In this document: piece after piece, positions 60,746-64,000 of the stretch
Layout: each line of letters begins with the position of its first letter
Position numbering within the stretch: the first letter of the stretch is position 1
Source: Pseudomonadota bacterium
GTDB lineage: Bacteria; Pseudomonadota; Gammaproteobacteria; Burkholderiales; Rhodocyclaceae
DNA: 64,000 nucleotides
Assembly: GCA_052035955.1 (NCBI GenBank)
Contig: JBPOHD010000005.1
Location: 11,709 to 75,708 of the forward strand
Direction: 5' to 3'
The notes under the pieces: model-generated
The model's input: the letters and a program-made list of their open reading frames with translations, nothing else
What the model was told of the DNA's origin: nothing
Database searches by the model: none
Translations under genes and position numbers: made by a program

Positions 60746-62746
60746 ATGTTCGACACCATACTGATCGCAAACCGCGGCGAGATCGCCTGCCGCGTCATCA
60801 AGACCGCCCGCCGCATGGGCATCCGTACCGTCGCCGTCTAGTCCGAGGCCGACGCCGGGGCGCGCCACGTGCGCCTCGCCGACGAGGCCGTCTGCATCGG
60901 CCCGGCGGCGGCCCGGGAATCCTACCTGGTGGCCGACCGCATCGTCGCCGCCTGCCGCCAGACCGGCGCCCAGGCCGTGCATCCGGGCTATGGCTTCCTG
61001 TCCGAGAACGAGGAATTCGCCGAGACCCTGGCCGCCAACGGCATCGTCTTCATCGGCCCGCCGGTGTCGGCGATCCGCGCCATGGGCCTCAAGTCCGAGA
61101 GCAAGAAGCTGATGGAAAAGGCCGGCGTGCCCCTGACCCCCGGCTACCACGGCGACGACCAGGCGCCGGCCCACCTCCAGGCCCAGGCCGACGCCATCGG
61201 CTATCCGGTGCTGATCAAGGCCTCCGCCGGCGGCGGCGGCAAGGGCATGCGCGCCGTCTGGAAGGGCGGGGACTTCGCCGACGCCCTGGCCTCCTGCCAG
61301 CGGGAGGCCCTGTCCTCCTTCGGCGATGCCCACGTGCTGATCGAGAAATACCTGCAACGGCCGCGCCACATCGAGATCCAGGTCTTCGGCGACAGCCACG
61401 GCAATGTGGTCCACCTGTTCGAGCGCGACTGTTCGGTGCAGCGCCGCCACCAGAAGGTGCTGGAGGAGGCCCCGGCGCCCGGGATGACGGCGGAACGCCG
61501 CGCGGCCATGGGCAAGGCGGCCGTCGACGCGGCCCGCGCCGTCGGCTACGTGGGCGCCGGCACCGTCGAATTCATCGCCAACCAGGACGGCAGCTTCTAC
61601 TTCATGGAAATGAACACCCGGCTGCAGGTGGAGCATCCGGTGACCGAGATGATCACCGGCCTGGACCTGGTCGAGTGGCAGCTGCGGGTGGCCGCCGGCG
61701 AGCCCCTGCCCCTCGCCCAGGAGCAGCTCTCCATCCGCGGCCATGCCGTCGAGGCGCGCATCTACGCCGAGGACCCGGACAAGGGTTTCCTGCCCTCCAC
61801 CGGCCGCCTGCTGCACCTGGCGCCGCCCGAGGAATCCCTGCACGTGCGGGTGGACACCGGTGTCGAGCAGGGGGACGAGATCACCCCCCACTACGACCCG
61901 ATGATCGCCAAGCTGATCGTCTGGGACGAGACCCGCGAACGGGCCCTGGCCAGAATGTTGCAGTCATTGGCCCGCTACCGGGTGGTCGGCGTCGCCAACA
62001 ACGTCGGCTTCCTGTCGCGCCTGGTGGCCTGCCCGGCCTTCGCCTCCGCCGACCTGGACACCGGCCTGATCGAGCGGGAGCAGGGTTTCCTCTTCCCGGG
62101 CGGCGCCGAGCCGCCGGCCGAGACCTGGCTGGCCGCGGCCCTGGCCGAGCTGCTGCGCGAGCGCAGCGACGCCCAGGAAGCGGCGGCCCACGATGCCGAC
62201 CCATTCTCGCCCTGGCACGGCCGCGACGGCTGGCGCCTGAACAGCGCCGCCCGCCGCACCCTGGCCTTCCGCTCCGGCGAGACCGAGAAGGAAGTCGCCG
62301 TCGCCTACGAGGGCGACGGCTTCGCCCTGGAACTCGACGGACTCGGCGTGCGGGCCCGAGGCGCCCTGGGCCCGGGCAGCGCCCTGCGCGCCGACTTCGC
62401 CGGCAACCGCATCAACGCCACGGTGGTGGTGGCCGGCGAGAAGCGCCACGTCTTCCTGCACGGCCGCGCCTTCGTGCTCTCGGCCGTCGATCCCCTCTAC
62501 CACGCCGGCGAGGGCGGCGGCGCCGAGGGCGGCCTCACCGCCCCCATGCCGGGCAAGGTCATCGCCCTGGTCGCGGCCGAGGGCTCGACGGTGGAGAAGG
62601 GCGCACCGCTGCTGATCCTCGAGGCCATGAAGATGGAGCACACCATCGCCGCCCCCTGCAAGGGCACGGTGAAGGCCTTCCGCTTCGGCGTCGGCGACCA
62701 GGTGGCCGATGGGGCGGAACTGGTGGAGTTCGAAGCGGCCAATTGA
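60746..62746 (+). pseudogene. liuD: Methylcrotonyl-CoA carboxylase biotin-carboxylase (alpha) subunit gene interrupted by an in-frame TAG at codon 32 (Tyr to stop); otherwise intact
   Basis: From the ATG at 60746 it reads [34 protein letters not shown](60839-60841)-SEADAGARHVRLADEAVCIGP... The frame then continues unbroken to 62746, with biotin-carboxylase motifs and a C-terminal biotinyl domain (EAMKMEH). The conserved residue at the stop position is Tyr (VAVYSEAD). Confidence 0.7.
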
Positions 62747-62906
62747 GGGGCCGGCCGCGACGGGGATTGCCCCCGTCCGCGCCGCCCACGGATTGCTGCC
62801 GCGGCACCGGGCGTGTGGTGTGCCGCACCCGGGCCGTTACAATGGCGGATAGCCATCCGTCCGCGCGCTAACATAGGGCGCCGTCCATTCCCCGCTCCCG
62901 AATCCC

Positions 62907-63821
62907 ATGGCCCTCCCCACCAAAGTCCGCCTCGTCGACGTCGGTCCCCGCGACGGCCTGCAGAACGAAAAGCAGAATGTCCCCACCGAGGTCAAGGTCG
63001 AACTGATCTACCGGCTGGCCGGGGCCGGGCTCAAGGTCGTCGAGGCGACGGCCTTCGTTTCCCCGCGCTGGGTGCCCCAGATGGCGGATTCGGCCAAGGT
63101 CATGGAGGCCGTGCGCGGACGCACGGACGTGGCCCTGCCCGTCCTGGTGCCCAACCTCAAGGGCTTCGAGGCGGCGCTGGCCGCCGGGGCGAAGGAGGTG
63201 GCGGTCTTCGGCGCCGCCTCCGAGGCCTTCTCGAAGAAGAACATCAACTGCACGATCGACGAATCGCTGGAGCGCTTCCGGCCCGTGGTGGCCGCCGCCC
63301 GCGATGCCGACGTCCGCGTGCGCGGCTACGTCTCCTGCGTCCTCGGCTGTCCCTACCAGGGCGAGGTGAAGCCGACCGCCGTCGCCGACGTGGCCTGGGC
63401 CCTGTTCGAGATGGGCTGCTACGAGGTCTCCCTGGGCGATACCGTCGGCATGGGCACGCCCGGCGCCGTCAAGGAAATGATCGAGGCCGTCGCCCGCCGC
63501 GTGCCGATCAAGAAGCTGGCCGGCCACTACCACGATACCTACGGCATGGCGGCGGCCAACATCTACGCCTCCCTGGAACTCGGCATCGCCGTCTTCGACG
63601 GCTCGGTCGGCGGGCTCGGCGGCTGTCCCTATGCCGCCGGCGCCTCCGGCAACGTCGCCACCGAGGATGTCGTCTGGCTGCTCAGGGGCCTCGGCATCGA
63701 CTGCGGGGTCGATCTGGACCGGCTGGTGGACACCGCCGCCTGGATTTCCGCCCAGCTCGGACGGGAGCCCGCGTCGCGGGTCGCCCGGGCCCTGCTGGCC
63801 AGGCGGGCCGCGGCTTCGTGA
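62907..63821 (+). CDS. liuE: Hydroxymethylglutaryl-CoA lyase
   Basis: Starts MALPTKVRLVDVGPRDGLQNE. 304 aa. TIM-barrel HMGL family. Confidence 0.85.
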   Translation: MALPTKVRLVDVGPRDGLQNEKQNVPTEVKVELIYRLAGAGLKVVEATAFVSPRWVPQMADSAKVMEAVRGRTDVALPVLVPNLKGFEAALAAGAKEVAVFGAASEAFSKKNINCTIDESLERFRPVVAAARDADVRVRGYVSCVLGCPYQGEVKPTAVADVAWALFEMGCYEVSLGDTVGMGTPGAVKEMIEAVARRVPIKKLAGHYHDTYGMAAANIYASLELGIAVFDGSVGGLGGCPYAAGASGNVATEDVVWLLRGLGIDCGVDLDRLVDTAAWISAQLGREPASRVARALLARRAAAS

Positions 63822-64000
63822 GCGTCGAATCCCCCTGCACGAAGACCCGCTGCCGGCTCGATTTCGAGACCGGCATCTGCCAGGGCTGTTTCCGCACCGC
63901 CGACGAGATCCTCGCCTGGCCCTCGGCCACGGACGAGGAGAGGCTGATGATCCTGGCCGCCATCGCCCAGCGCCGGTCCCGCGTCGATCCGGACGCGGAC
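63821..64000 (+). CDS. DUF1289-like small Cys-rich protein (3'-truncated by the window end)
   Basis: CTKTRCRLDFETGICQGCFRTADEILAW pattern. The start coordinate is approximate. Confidence 0.5.

Noticed and set aside
62907-63822. Possible +/-1 coordinate discrepancy at the hmgL stop when counted by hand
   Set aside because: My manual position counting is error-prone. I defer to the supplied ORF track coordinates.

Overview
High-GC (~68-70%) proteobacterial chromosomal segment. The argS-SPOR-dsbA synteny and a MerR/LiuR-controlled liu cluster suggest a betaproteobacterium. All calls below come from reading the supplied translations and DNA; no database search was possible. Main content, in order: (1) The 3' 15.7 kb of a giant gene for a >5,237-aa adhesin-like protein. 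It has Calx-beta, PPC, cadherin-like and RTX-like domains, and it ends in a clostripain (C11)-like domain whose catalytic His/Cys appear to be substituted. Downstream lie a 108-aa ORF, a ~4.5-copy array of 129-bp REP-like palindromic units, a type I secretion ABC transporter with an N-terminal C39-like domain, and a HlyD adaptor. (2) A 1,343-aa internally duplicated TPR protein with two heptosyltransferase (GT9)-like domains. (3) A FecR-domain secreted protein immediately followed by a TPR + beta-barrel protein that resembles the Slam/DUF560 family. (4) Housekeeping genes argS, SPOR protein, dsbA, an SDR, and an SPFH/band-7 protein. (5) An IclR-regulated accessory cluster: two thiamine-pyrophosphate enzymes, a BASS-family transporter, an epimerase and an SDR. 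(6) A Met-rich DsrE-like protein, a TetR plus DevBCA-like ABC efflux system, an orphan PIN toxin, and two tandem paralogous secreted coiled-coil proteins with a conserved Cys-containing C-terminus. (7) phaC and an MBL-fold hydrolase. (8) An extended liuR-liuABCDE leucine/isovalerate catabolic cluster. It has a perfect 22-bp operator palindrome, an inserted PEP-CTERM gene, three copies of an intergenic inverted-repeat element, a separate ~200-bp inverted repeat, and an in-frame amber stop at codon 32 of the MCCase alpha subunit gene. The many long reverse-strand and alternate-frame ORFs in the track are GC-driven artifacts.
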